Shown: positions 20,446-31,473 of the stretch, one piece after another
How positions within the stretch are numbered: position 1 is the stretch's first letter
How the letters are laid out: each line of letters begins with the position of its first letter
Source of the DNA: Rebecca billardiae RCC1528
Lineage: Eukaryota; Protista; Haptophyta
DNA: 64,000 nt
Direction of reading: 5' to 3'
NCBI GenBank assembly: GCA_965240325.2
Contig: OZ251230.1
Span: 2,294,001 to 2,358,000 of the forward strand
The notes under the pieces: model-generated
Database searches by the model: none
What the model was told of the DNA's origin: nothing
What the model saw: the letters and a program-made list of their open reading frames with translations, nothing else
Made by a program: the position numbers and the translations under genes

Positions 20446-23054
20446 GGCGGCGCAGCGCCAATGCGCCCCCGCCCCGCGCCCACGCGCCGCACTGGCGCCC
20501 TGCGCCGTGCGCGCGCCTCCGCCGGCGCATCGCCGACGTCTGGCCCCACCTGGCGCCGTACGATCTCGGCGCGCAGCGTGGAATCGCGCGGCAGCTGCAC
20601 GACGCCGCCTCCCAGCGCCGTAAAGTCCGCAGTGTTGCCGCGCTGCGAGTAGTGGAACTCGATGCCTGCGTCCGCGCAGTGCTCGACCGACAGCAGCGGC
20701 GCCGTGACGCGCCGCGACGCCCACGCCTCGATCTCGAGCGTGAGGACCTTGTCGCTGTCGTCGTCCGCCGCAAGCTTGACCACCAGGGTCCCGCGGTGAG
20801 TGACCCGCTCCCGCGCACCGTTCCCCCACTCGATCTGACATGCGCCGTCCACCGGGGTAAGATTCGTCAAATCCTCGGCCATGGCGATGTTCTTCCGTGC
20901 GCCAGTGTCAAACACCAACGCCCGCGTGTTGTCCTCCGGCGGCGCCACGCGTGCCTCGGCCGCCCGCGCCGCGACGATCTCGATGTCCTCGTCGCGCTGC
21001 GCCCTGCCACCGATAGCCGCGCCAATAGGCGCCAAGCCGAGTCCGGCGCCGCCGCCGCCGCCGTCTCCGGCGTCAGCGTCACCGTCGCCACCAACGGCGC
21101 CGTCGGGCTCGTCCCCCTGCTCGGGAGCGAACGCGACCTGCGTGCGGACCGTGCCGCCGCCGTTGCCATTACCGACCACGGCGCGGGTGCTGCCCCCGCC
21201 ACCGCCGCCGCCACCGCCACCGCCGCTCCGATGTGAGCCACGGCTGCGATCCGACCGCGTCGACGCCGCGTCATCGCCAGCGTTCGAGTCGCGATCAGCC
21301 TGTGTCACCTGCGGGCAGTAACGCTTGATATGCCCCACGGCGCCGCACTTGTAGCAGCGCGGCCCGTGCGCGTCGTCGGAGTCGTCCTGGCCTCCGCGGC
21401 CGGCGCCGCGGCCAGTGCCGCCGCCGCCACCGCCACGACCTCCGCCGCCGCCACCACGGCCAGCCGGCGACTTCGTGTCGCCGCCGCCGCCACCCGCCGA
21501 CGCCGCCGCCGCCTGCGCCAGGCGGAGCCCGTCGATTGGGTGCGCGCGGGTAGCGCCGCCGCCTCCTGGCGTGCGGCCACCCGCCCCTGGGCGCCCAGGG
21601 CCGCCGCGGTCAACCCGCTTGCCCTTGGAGAAGTCCCAGTCCTCGAACTTGCCGTTGAGCTCGTGCACGAGCTCCTGCACGTCGAAGTTCGTCACGGTCC
21701 TGTAGTCCTTCGACTCGTACCGCGTCCGCATCTCGATGCCCGCGCCCACCGACGGAATGAACTCGATGAGCCGCGCAAGCATCTCCGCCGCTGGCGCTGC
21801 GTCACTCAGCTCCTGCAGCAGCACGTGGTTGTGCTGTAGCACCTGGAAGAGCTCGAGGGCGCCGACGCCGTCCTTGCCGCAATCCGGCAGGACCGTCCGG
21901 TGCCAGCGTGCCCGCACCGACATGTACTTCCGCATGTCGTCGGGCTTGCGCATGCGCAGGATCGTCTTCCACAGGTACAGAAACTCGCGCCCCGGCGTAA
22001 GTGCGCCCCGGCGCGCGCGCTCCTCCTGCACCTCCGGCTGCGTCTCCATGAGGCGGTTGATGTGCTGCCACGCAGCCTCCGTCACCCACGACCGCAGCTC
22101 GGTGCGTAAGAAAGCCGTCCCTTTCTCGTACTGCGCCCCGGCGTACTTGGCGGGGTCCGCCTCGTCGCCGTCCGGCGCTGCCTCCAACACGCTCTGTCGG
22201 AGCTTTATGTCCAGCATGGCGTGCTCGCTCGCCTGCCGCTCATACATCTGTTCCTCGGTCTCGCGCTCGCGGCGGTAGAGCTCGCGCGCGCGCGGATCGA
22301 GCGTCACGGCAGCGCCGCCCGCGGGCGCCGCGCCACCGATCCCGCCGGCGCCGCCCGTAGGCGCCGCGCCGACGCCGGCGCCGCCCGCAGGCGTCGCGCC
22401 GTCAGTCCCAGCCGGCGCATCTGCAGCGCCGCCTGTGCCCACACCCGGACTGGGTGTGCCGGCCGCCGGACCCGGAGAAATTCCGGATCCGCCGCCCGCC
22501 GCCGGACCTGAACCCGGTCCGGTCGCCGTCGGGCCACCCGGAGTGGCTAAACCACTCCCCGCGCCCGCCGAGGCAGCCTGCGCGTAGCTTGGCGCCTGCC
22601 TCGCCCCCGCCGCCGCCGCCGCCGCGCGTTCCGCCGCGGCCCGGCGCTCGGCGTGCTCGCGGCGCTCGTGCTCGTGGCGATGGTCGAGCAGCCGCTGCTG
22701 CAGCGCGTAGTTCTCACGCGCCAGGTCCATCCGCTCGGCACTGACCTTGATCATCTTCGCCGCGGATGGGTTGAAAGTTGCCCACGTCGAGTTGTACTCC
22801 TCGAGCGTGTTGATGCGGTGCTCCGCGTTCGGGCCGTGCGTCACGATGATGCCGTTCAGTGCGGACATCGTAGCACCTTGCCCCGCCGGAAGCGCCGCCA
22901 GCCTGCTCGCCGATTGCGCGAGCCAGCGCTGCTGATTGCCCTTGTCGTTGAGCATCCCCACGTCGACCGAGCCGTGCATCCGGCCGCTCGTGCCCATCGG
23001 CGCGATCGATGAGAAAGCGCCGCGCGTACGATCCCTCCCGATCGCTGCATGCAT
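20433..23054 (-). CDS. gag: Copia Gag-protease ORF
   Basis: Zinc knuckle CYKCGAVGHIKRYC and aspartic protease motif LVFDTGA in one frame, ending at TAA 20435-20433. The true start may be a slightly downstream ATG. Confidence 0.9.
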   Translation of the reverse strand: MHAAIGRDRTRGAFSSIAPMGTSGRMHGSVDVGMLNDKGNQQRWLAQSASRLAALPAGQGATMSALNGIIVTHGPNAEHRINTLEEYNSTWATFNPSAAKMIKVSAERMDLARENYALQQRLLDHRHEHERREHAERRAAAERAAAAAAGARQAPSYAQAASAGAGSGLATPGGPTATGPGSGPAAGGGSGISPGPAAGTPSPGVGTGGAADAPAGTDGATPAGGAGVGAAPTGGAGGIGGAAPAGGAAVTLDPRARELYRRERETEEQMYERQASEHAMLDIKLRQSVLEAAPDGDEADPAKYAGAQYEKGTAFLRTELRSWVTEAAWQHINRLMETQPEVQEERARRGALTPGREFLYLWKTILRMRKPDDMRKYMSVRARWHRTVLPDCGKDGVGALELFQVLQHNHVLLQELSDAAPAAEMLARLIEFIPSVGAGIEMRTRYESKDYRTVTNFDVQELVHELNGKFEDWDFSKGKRVDRGGPGRPGAGGRTPGGGGATRAHPIDGLRLAQAAAASAGGGGGDTKSPAGRGGGGGGRGGGGGGTGRGAGRGGQDDSDDAHGPRCYKCGAVGHIKRYCPQVTQADRDSNAGDDAASTRSDRSRGSHRSGGGGGGGGGGGSTRAVVGNGNGGGTVRTQVAFAPEQGDEPDGAVGGDGDADAGDGGGGGAGLGLAPIGAAIGGRAQRDEDIEIVAARAAEARVAPPEDNTRALVFDTGARKNIAMAEDLTNLTPVDGACQIEWGNGARERVTHRGTLVVKLAADDDSDKVLTLEIEAWASRRVTAPLLSVEHCADAGIEFHYSQRGNTADFTALGGGVVQLPRDSTLRAEIVRRQVGPDVGDAPAEARARRRAPVRRVGAGRGRIGAAPPPNA

Positions 23055-23775
23055 ATTGGGTAAACGCGAGCTCCGAGCGTCTCGAGCCCTGCTAAGAGCT
23101 CACCGGCACGTCCTCGGGCGCGTCGTCGGTGACGCCCACGAAGGCAATCTCGACCCTCGCTCCTCTGACGAGCGAAGCTAATCCTCCTGCCGCAACCAAC
23201 TTTCGGTTGCGCAGGGTGACACGGCATTTTGCGGCCCGGCTCGGGAATCTTGTAACCTTCCTGAGCCCCGCTTCCGTGCGTCCGCCAATCGCAGGCGTTA
23301 CCGACGCACCGCCGTAAGCTCATCTTTCCCCCAGGTACTCGGTAATGTCATCGGACCTGGGTAAGCTGCGCACGGACCCATGATCCCGGATTCTCGATTC
23401 TCAAAACTGAGACTCCGGGCGTCCATGAATGAAGTGATCGAGTCCGTTGTTCCTTGGACTCTTCCACGATGGCGCCCGCCTGTGCCGCCGGCGTGCCATC
23501 CGTGCCGCGCTGCGCCGGGCCGTACCGCCCGCGCACGCGCCGCGTCCGTGTCGCTCCGCGTCCGCGCTGCCGCGTCCGCGCTCCGCGTCCACGTCGCTCC
23601 GCGCCAGCGCTGCTGCGCTCGCGCTCCTGCCGCCGCGCGCGCCGCGCGCGCGCGCCGCCAGAGCCAGCCACTGCGTAGCTGATGCCGCCGGCCCGCCTGG
23701 TGCGGCGCCGGCCCTGACGTCCCAGCGGCGACGCCATCTGCTGAGATGCGCGCCCCAGGCTGCGTCAGCTCAACA
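23054..23775 (-). repeat. 5' LTR of the copia element
   Basis: Direct repeat of 16403-17124. Confidence 0.95.
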
Positions 23776-23922
23776 TATTATAAACATATCTGATATCACT
23801 CAGCATGGACGCACGACATAGTCAGGACCAACATGAACAGGTACCGATGACGGGGCACCTGGGTCGATCCTGATTCGTCGGCAGCAGTGGGCGATCGTCG
23901 ACAAGTTGGCCTTGGTGGTAGA

Positions 23923-24675
23923 TCACCGCCTGCACCGCCGGATCGAATAGCAATTGAGCGCGGTCCGTAGGTCCGTTGGCGTTGAGCACTTGAGCCGTGT
24001 CACTAGGGACTGCCAGCGCGCGGATCCACCGTGCGCTGCGCGGCTCGAATAATCACGCATGCTGACCTGCTGACTCCGAGTCTGAAGAGTGAAGTCTCGC
24101 TGCGGTGCCCCGTCAGTCGAGGGCACTACGGACTGGGTGCAGGTCTCAGGCGCTGGTAGCAGCTGGTCCATTGCCTGCCCCGTGCGCCCCGAGCGCCGGT
24201 CGCCGGTGCGCGCTTGCCGCTCGCCGTCCAGCCGTGGCTCAGGCTGGCTGGCGGCAGCATGCGCTGCTGCGTCGTCCAGGCCTCCAGGCGTCAGAGCGCT
24301 TTGCCCAGGCTGCTGATGCGGCGCGGCGCCTCCTCGTCGTCCAAGTTGTCGTCCGAAGGCGCCAGTCTCGGTCCGCGTGGACGGGGAGGCAGCAGGCCCG
24401 ACGGGCCGGACGGGCGCCCACTCCGCGCCCAGGACCAGACTGTGCGGTGTGCCGAGCGGTCGACGCCCACGCGCGCCAGCCATTGCCCGCGCGTCCCACG
24501 CCGAGGCTTCTTCTTCCGCTTCTGAGAGTGTTGCCGCACGTCGTTCGCCTGCAGCACCTAAGCGTCCGAGCCCTGCGCGGCGGACGGGCGCGCCGGCGGG
24601 GCCGGCTTGCGTTGTGAGTTGGGCTCTGCTGCGCACTTGCGCCACCGACCGGGCAAAATTGGCGGCATTTGGCAT
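23923..24675 (-). CDS. Possible hypothetical protein
   Basis: 250-aa ATG-initiated ORF between AT-richer intergenic tracts; no motif recognised. Confidence 0.25.
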   Translation of the reverse strand: MPNAANFARSVAQVRSRAQLTTQAGPAGAPVRRAGLGRLGAAGERRAATLSEAEEEASAWDARAMAGARGRRPLGTPHSLVLGAEWAPVRPVGPAASPSTRTETGAFGRQLGRRGGAAPHQQPGQSALTPGGLDDAAAHAAASQPEPRLDGERQARTGDRRSGRTGQAMDQLLPAPETCTQSVVPSTDGAPQRDFTLQTRSQQVSMRDYSSRAAHGGSARWQSLVTRLKCSTPTDLRTALNCYSIRRCRR

Positions 24676-25026
24676 GTGCTGATTAGTATTGGGTGGGGAA
24701 CCTCAGTACCCGTGGGCACCTGTATTTGTTCCATTCATCGAGTGGTTCCGAAACACCCAAAAAAAAACAGTTCATACTCGAACTCCCTGCACAGTGGCTA
24801 CAACAAATATGACCAACCCTCTTGAGTACCATCTATATGGCGGGCCGTATATATATATGTTCATAACGATAAGTGCAAGTGGTACTGTGGTAGGGAAAAA
24901 GCCGTTCAGGCTCTGCTCGCAGCCTCTCCGGTGAATAATAATAGGCGCGCCGCGCGGCGCCGCCGCCCCTAAGCTCTCGACGAAAGTGGGTGGAGCTGCG
25001 GCGACTAAAGAGCAAGCAGCGGGCAT

Positions 25027-26013
25027 ATGGCGTGGGTGCAGCTGCACGCGCCGTCGTGGGTGCAGCTGCACGCGCCGCTGCCGGCGCCGATGCAGGGGCC
25101 GCCCACCGCTGGCACGGTTGGGCGCCTTGCGTACAGCCACCACGGGTGCGACGGGGCGCCGTCCTTCGGCATGCCGGGCGACGTGCGCGCCAGCCGGTAT
25201 GCCCCGCACAACAAGCTCAGCGGCATGGTCGGCACGAAGTGCCGCACGTGCGCTGTTGCTGGCTGCGCGAAGGTGCCCTCGTTCGGCATGCCGGGTGACG
25301 TCCGCCCCAGTCGGTGCGCCTTGCACAAGCTCGAAGGCATGTCCGCCATGAAAAGCCGGGCGTGTAGCCACCCTGGCTGCTCCAAGGTCCCGTCCTTTGG
25401 CATGCCGGGTGACGTTCGACCCAGCCGGTGCGCCGCGCACAAGAGCGAGGGCATGTTTGGCATGAAGGGCCGCACCTGCAACCATCCGGGGTGTACGAAG
25501 CGACCGTCCTTCGGCAGGCCTGGCGATCACCACGCCCGCCGCTGCGCTGAGCACAAGATGCTCGGCATGGTCAAGCACGCCACGAGGCGCGAGCTCGACG
25601 AAGCCGGCCGCGCCGCGGGGCATCACCACTTCGCGAGCGCCGTGGCATCCCAGGCGCAAAGACTCCATGCAATGAGCACAGCTCCGATGGCCCTGCCGCC
25701 GCCGGTGCCCGCCCCGCCATCGGTGCGTGTGCTGGCCGGCATCGTGGCGCCCATCTCGCCTGCCAGCGATGGCCACCCGCACAGCACCACCATCAACCCG
25801 AACGCTGCTGATCCAGCATCGGCCCGTGTGGTGCTGCCCACGGGTGGCACTGGGCGTCTCGTGTTCCCATTCGTCGACGTCAGCTGGGGTGTCGACGGTC
25901 GGTGGCTTACGCGGCCCTGCGACGCAGACGATTGGCACACGCGCGTCCCGCCCCCCTCCACTACGTGCAACACGTACCTGGCAGTCATCCAAGCACCAGC
26001 ACGACGCATGTGA
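25027..26013 (+). CDS. EsV-1-7 cysteine-rich repeat protein
   Basis: Four ~38-aa repeats of the form C-x4-C-xx-PSFG-x-PG-x6-C-xx-HK (e.g. CSHPGCSKVPSFGMPGDVRPSRCAAHK); the first is degenerate. Confidence 0.8.
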   Translation: MAWVQLHAPSWVQLHAPLPAPMQGPPTAGTVGRLAYSHHGCDGAPSFGMPGDVRASRYAPHNKLSGMVGTKCRTCAVAGCAKVPSFGMPGDVRPSRCALHKLEGMSAMKSRACSHPGCSKVPSFGMPGDVRPSRCAAHKSEGMFGMKGRTCNHPGCTKRPSFGRPGDHHARRCAEHKMLGMVKHATRRELDEAGRAAGHHHFASAVASQAQRLHAMSTAPMALPPPVPAPPSVRVLAGIVAPISPASDGHPHSTTINPNAADPASARVVLPTGGTGRLVFPFVDVSWGVDGRWLTRPCDADDWHTRVPPPSTTCNTYLAVIQAPARRM

Positions 26014-26032
26014 TTGAATGAGATTGAGAATC

Positions 26033-27260
26033 GGCTCCGGATTCGGTTGACCCCTGCCAGTGGCGGGCATTCTGAGAACCGAGTCGAAGTCACTCGAGCG
26101 GACCATAGCCGGGTCCCTCCCGACCCCCGATTGATGACTTCAAAGCGACATTGAGCATACACCCACCTCCCAATATGTTTCAGGCTCAATTTTCATAAGT
26201 AACACATACAGAAATCTGACCGAAATCCGAAAATGGGTAAATGCATATTGGCGCGGGTATTTCTGACGGAACTTGTATTCCATTTCATGCATCACGCACG
26301 CCATGACCATGTATGTCACGCCTCACGGCAGCTCACCCGGCCCCGCACTCTTGTGCCGCGCTCTTCTCTCAGCTGGTACACCGCCGGACGCGGCCGCTCC
26401 GCCGCCGCTGCCGCGTGCCTCCGCCTCGTGCCGCGTGCTGGGGCGCCGCTGAAAGTCGGGCGTGATCGGTTGCACGGGCGTGAGCACGACAACGCCGCGG
26501 ACGATCGTGTCGCTCTCGATCTCGCCGGTGCCCAGCTCGCGCGAGCGCCGGTCAAGATCCATGCGCGCGTATCGCTTGAAATCAGACTCGCCCCCCCATC
26601 GTCCACCACTGCCCGTCCGCCTCCTTCTGCCGCTTGCTGCTTGTCTCGGGCTCTGAGTCGCCCTCGTCGCGACTTGCAGTGTCGAGCGCGTAAGGATCAC
26701 AAAGTACTCGTCCAGACAGAGAGGCCTGAGCTTATCGACGACGAGATGGAAAAGCATCCGCTCCATCGTGTTGTGCGTCCTCGACATGTTCACCTTGATC
26801 TGATTGCAGAGGTCCGGAGACGGCGCAACGTGCAGAGAGGCTTGCACCGACCGTGGAGTGCACTGACGAGGTCGTGCCAGACACCGTGTGCACGATCTCC
26901 AGGTCACGCGCGACCGCAAAGAGGTGCTCGGCATCGCGGTCGCCAAGATTACCTCCCAGCTGTTCGTACGAGACGTCGGTGTCGAACACGATGCGCACAC
27001 CCACGCGACCCGCGCCCGCACCACCATAGTGGGCAAAAGGCCCAAAGTACCCGGACTCCCAGTAGAAATGGTGAAAATCGGGCTCTGGCGCCGTGTAAAA
27101 ACAAGCGATCGCGGCAAACGGTGCGGATTCGCGCTCAGCTCGCCAACCCGAGTCCAGCAAGCCTTCGACCGCCTCCGTGCGACCTCGCGAAGGTCGTTTT
27201 CATTTTCGGTACGCCCGGTTTCTATGACCGGACTGGCAGGGGTCAACCGAAGCCGGAGCC
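26033..27260. mobile_element. Non-autonomous TIR element, 29-bp TIRs, 4-bp TSD AATC (copy A)
   Basis: GGCTCCGGATTCGGTTGACCCCTGCCAGT ... ACTGGCAGGGGTCAACCGAAGCCGGAGCC with one mismatch. AATC at 26029-26032 and 27261-27264. Confidence 0.85.
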
Positions 27261-28529
27261 AATCAGTGATTGATGATTGGCGGCTGGCAGCAATCATCAG
27301 CATCCACGGCATCCGTGGATTTCGAGGCCAACAGATACGCGCGGTTTGGGTCGTCGCGCTGGCGTTGCCATGAGGCCCCGCGGTCTGAGCCGACCGATGC
27401 AAGAGAGTCCCGGAAGCGCCCCGTCTGACCCTGACGCCGTCCGGTACTGATTAGCCTTTATTTATTTAATAATATATGGGCGTTAGTTAGTAGCAGTGTG
27501 ACGCGTCATGAAGTGACGTCGCGTCATGACGGCATGACGTCATGACGCGAGGTATGGCGTAACGTGACGCCCGGACAGCGCTCTGCCCACGCCTGGCACA
27601 CCCGCGGACTCACAGTTCGAGCTAGTGCCACAGGCCGGCTGCCGCGCATTCGCGCCGGCGTCGCCACGCGCGCCGCCGGCCGGTCCGGGCCTCGCCGGCG
27701 CCGCGGTCAGGCCGGGGCGGCGGAGGGCGGTGCAGCCCTGCCCCAAGTCAACGCACCGGCGGCTCACGTGCGCGGTGTCATCCTCCAGCTCCACGGCCAC
27801 ATGGGTGCGGAAGCGGGAGCCCTCGCCTTTCAAGGGCGACGAGCCCATCTCCTCTGAGTGGACTGTGCGGTCCGGCCATGCACGGCCGGAACCCGGCGTC
27901 ACTTTGGCCTACGGAGTACGGGAAGCCGGGGCCGCCGGCGGCGGGATTCGGGTCTCGGGAACCGCCCTGAAGTACGTGATTCAAGCTAAGTTAAAGTACG
28001 TCGTCAAGCTACGTACCCATGTTTTAAAATAACACCAATAATTACACTATTGTCAGATCATCAGAAAGAATAGTAGACATGCGCGTTGTATAACCGATAA
28101 CGGACGAAACGGTCCCCGCCCAAAGACGTGTTGCTATGCCTATGACGCGTAGTAAAAGTTATTACGCGTATAAAACGCGTATGATTATAACCTCATGACG
28201 ATGACGTCAGACGCTAGAGAAATAATGGGCGTCTGAATGACGCGTCATAGCCCGCCAGGCCAGGCCCAGTGCCGCCGACTCGGAACTTGGCACGCCGGCG
28301 CGCACTGGTCATGGTGGTCGCTGCCCCTGTCCGCGTACTACGTCTACTAGTACTACAGTAGCTATACCGCCGCACCGGTCCGATGATTAAATGAGGATGA
28401 ATCCGAGCAGTGGCGCGGTCTCGTCTTAGGAGTCAGGTGAATCATGCACGTACAGTGTTAGTACAGCTAACTACTATGCAGTCATAACGAGTTACTAACG
28501 GACTTAATGCTTCGGAACTGATTCTAAGT

Positions 28530-28730
28530 CTAGCTAATATATATACTAATAATAAGTCGATCTTATTATTTTTAATTATTTATAATAGTAATCTAGTAAT
28601 AACTATATATATTGTAATAAAATGATTAATATATATATATTAACGACGTGGTATATATATGGCATTTACGTATTATAATTATAATTATAAAATTATAATT
28701 ATAATAATTGAAATTATAATAGAGCTAGCT
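28530..28730. repeat. AT-rich low-complexity island with TATAAT/ATAATT repeats
   Basis: Nearly pure A/T run (tattataattataattataaaattataattataat) in a very GC-rich background. Confidence 0.8.
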
Positions 28731-29406
28731 TACTAGTTTGTGAGTGACGTGGTCGGCCGGCCGCGCAGAGCTACTGAGTTAGACGGCCCCAGCCGCAGCC
28801 GGGGGTGCGGGGCCGCCGTGCCAGGACAGTTCCCGGAATACCGCCGACTCGTAATCGCGGCCAAGAAGTCCCGTTCACCGCCTTCACCGGGATCCAAGCT
28901 CTGGTGAGGCACGAGCGTCGCGCAAGTATGCGCGGAGCGAGCGGCGCTCGTCGTCGAGGCGTGACACTGCACCGTCTATCAGCTCGTCGTCGACGTCGAC
29001 GAGCGCGCGTGCGCCCGCATGCGCGTCGTCCCGCGCCAGGCGAACCCGTTCCCTCACCACCTTGTCTGATGCTGCAGACACCATGTTCTGCCTCGTGGGC
29101 GTGGAGTTGGCGGCGGAGTCATCCGCGCCACCGTCCGCGAACAGGGCGAGGTCTGTGAGCCTCACGGGTTCGCGAGGCGCGTCGTCGTGCTCGACGGGGT
29201 GCGTGCCGGCTGCCGCAAGCAGTGCCAGCCGAGCTCGCTCCGCGCTGACTGCCATCGTGGAAAGATTTCAGATTATTTTGACGAGCAAACCAGCAGCAGC
29301 CTTTTCGAGTCGTCCTTGCGCGGGGGCCCTCGCGGGCGCCCGCGCGTTGCGCAGCCCCGTCGACACACGCTTGGCGAGTGCGCCCGACCAGGCAGGCGAG
29401 ACGGGC

Positions 29407-30904
29407 ATGAGCGGCGCGGGAGGCGGCGCACGGCGCACGACGGCCCAGGTCTTCGCGGCGGGTCAGAATGAGCGCATGCACATCGCGCGCTTCGCCTCCG
29501 GCCCCGACCCGGGCCTCGCGCGCGCTGAGGTGCGCGCGTCGATGGTTCGGGACGACAAGGCCGTGATGCGTCGCGCGCGCGGCGGTGCGCCCGAGCCCGA
29601 GCGCCCGTGGCTGCTGACGACGACGACGACGGAGCGCACGACGCCGGAGCGCACGTACGTGGGCTCGCTCGAGGAGGCGCAGTGCAACAAGTACGTTCTC
29701 CTCGTCCCCGATGGCGACAGCTTCAAGATGATCCCGTGCCGCGAGTGGTACACTTACGTGACTCGCCCCTCGCAGATCGCCAAGCTGAAGCAGGGCGACT
29801 CGGAGGAGAAGCAGAAGGAGGCCGAGGAGCGCATGCGGATGCGCAACCGAAAGGGCGATCAGTACCTCGAGCGTCGCATGGTGAGCCGCGATCGCGTGCG
29901 CGCGGGCGCGTGCGCATGTGAGCTGACCTGTGGCGTGCGCCCCGGCCTGCCGCGTGCGACGCGCTGCGCGGGGCTCGCAGGCGACGGGCGCTGTGGACGG
30001 CGAGGAGGGTGGGGGGAGGAAGCTGCGCATCACAGGCGATGGCGCCGATGACTCGAGCGACGGCGGCGGCGGCCTTGACGACGCCGATCGCAACGGCGAC
30101 GCACAGGCGAGCGACGACGGCGGCGGCGTGGGCGCGGGCGACGACGACGACGATGTGTATGGCCAAGGAGCTGATCTGCAGGACGCGGCGTGGCTGAACG
30201 CGGGCCTGGAGGCGGAGATGGGCGAGGAGGTGGACAAGGGCGAGGACCTCGACCTGGACGACGCCGCCGTCTCCGACGACGACGGCGACGACGGCCGCAT
30301 CGGCCAGGAGGGCGACGAGGATGAGGAGGAGGAGGAGGCAGACGCCGCCGAGGCGCCGCCAGCCCTCGGCGACGCGGCCGCGGCGGCGGGCGCGGCGGGC
30401 GCCGGCGGTGCGGGCGTTGAGGGCGGTTGGCAGGAGGTGGAGCAGGACGAGGGCGAGGAGGAGGAGGAGGGGGGCGAGGAGGACGAGGAGGAGTGGGCGG
30501 TGACGGCGGCCGGGGGGCTCGGCGGCGCAGCAGCCGCCGGCGATGCGGCGAGCGCGGGCAAGCGCGCTCGTGCTGCGCTGGAGGGCGGCGCGAGCGCGCG
30601 TGGGGCAGCAGGGAGCGCCGCCGCGCCGGACAGCTCCGCCAAGCGGCCCCGCGGGCCCGAGGCGTTGGACTCGTACCTCGGCGTGCGCGAGTCGGATCTC
30701 GTCGAGCTGCTCCGCGCGCCGGGGCCGCCGCTCACGCTGGCGGACTTCACGGCCAAAGTGCATGCAGAGCTCGGCCTCGACGCCCGGCAACGCACGAAAG
30801 AATTCCAGGCGTGGCTCCACGCCGCGATGGCGCGCATCGCGATGCTGATCGACTACAAGGGCGCCAAGGTGCTCGTGCTGAAGGACGAGTTCGCTCGGCC
30901 CTGA
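29407..30904 (+). CDS. GTF2F1: Transcription initiation factor TFIIF alpha subunit (RAP74/Tfg1)-like
   Basis: Exons 29407-29880 and 29981-30904 (GT-AG intron). RPWLL...YVGSLEEAQCNKYVLLV...FKMIPCREWY, then EAEERM, a long acidic linker and a C-terminal winged-helix-like segment. Confidence 0.75.
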
Positions 30905-31473
30905 GCCGCGTGCCCGGCGCGGCCGGCCGGCCGTCGGAGTCAGCCGCCTTGCAGCGCCTGCGGACTCGTGAGGCGCCGAGCTGGCCGGCCCCGCGGCGCC
31001 GCCCGCTGCCAGGCCTCGTTGGCGAGTGGCCGCCGCCGCGCCTGCGAAACTCAGGCCGATATCTAGCGGACGCAGGCAGCAGTCAGGCTACCATGGAGCG
31101 CATACGTGTTTGACGGCCCTCCCGTCAGGCCGTGGCATGGGCGGCGTGCGTGACACGCGCGCTCCGGCCCATCCCGCGTCCGCCCGGCCACGGCCCACTA
31201 CTCCAATAGGAGCCGTGACGCCCGTCCGGAAGGGTTCACGTCCGGAGCTGCTCACAAGCTTGCAACCAACGGCCGGGGAGAGCCGCTGGCTTTTTAAAAC
31301 GGAGGGCCTCCGGTTTTTCAAGGCCGTAATATGGATTCAGACTCAGAGCCTCAACAAGACTGGGCACCAGCCAAACGGAGCCGCTGCGGGCCGCGCGCGC
31401 GCACCTGCTGCCTCGCGGCCGGGAATCCTGCGAAGCGACGGTCGACGGGGAGCCAACGACGCCCCGAGCGCTC

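Larger units (their letters stand above)
16403..23775 (-). mobile_element. Full-length Ty1/copia LTR retrotransposon, recent insertion
   Basis: Two 722-bp direct LTRs. 5-bp TSD TATTA at 16398-16402 and 23776-23780. Domain order Gag-PR-IN-RT-RNaseH. Polypurine tract adjacent to the 3' LTR. Confidence 0.97.

Noticed and set aside
20446-20841. Independent ATG start for pol at 20841
   Set aside because: This stretch encodes the protease in the other frame, and the pol-frame translation there is shadow-like; frameshift entry near 20445 is more parsimonious, though unproven.
25129-25575. Regularly spaced ~114-nt repeats as a CRISPR-like array
   Set aside because: They are in-frame protein repeats with synonymous variation; no cas genes, and the context is eukaryotic.
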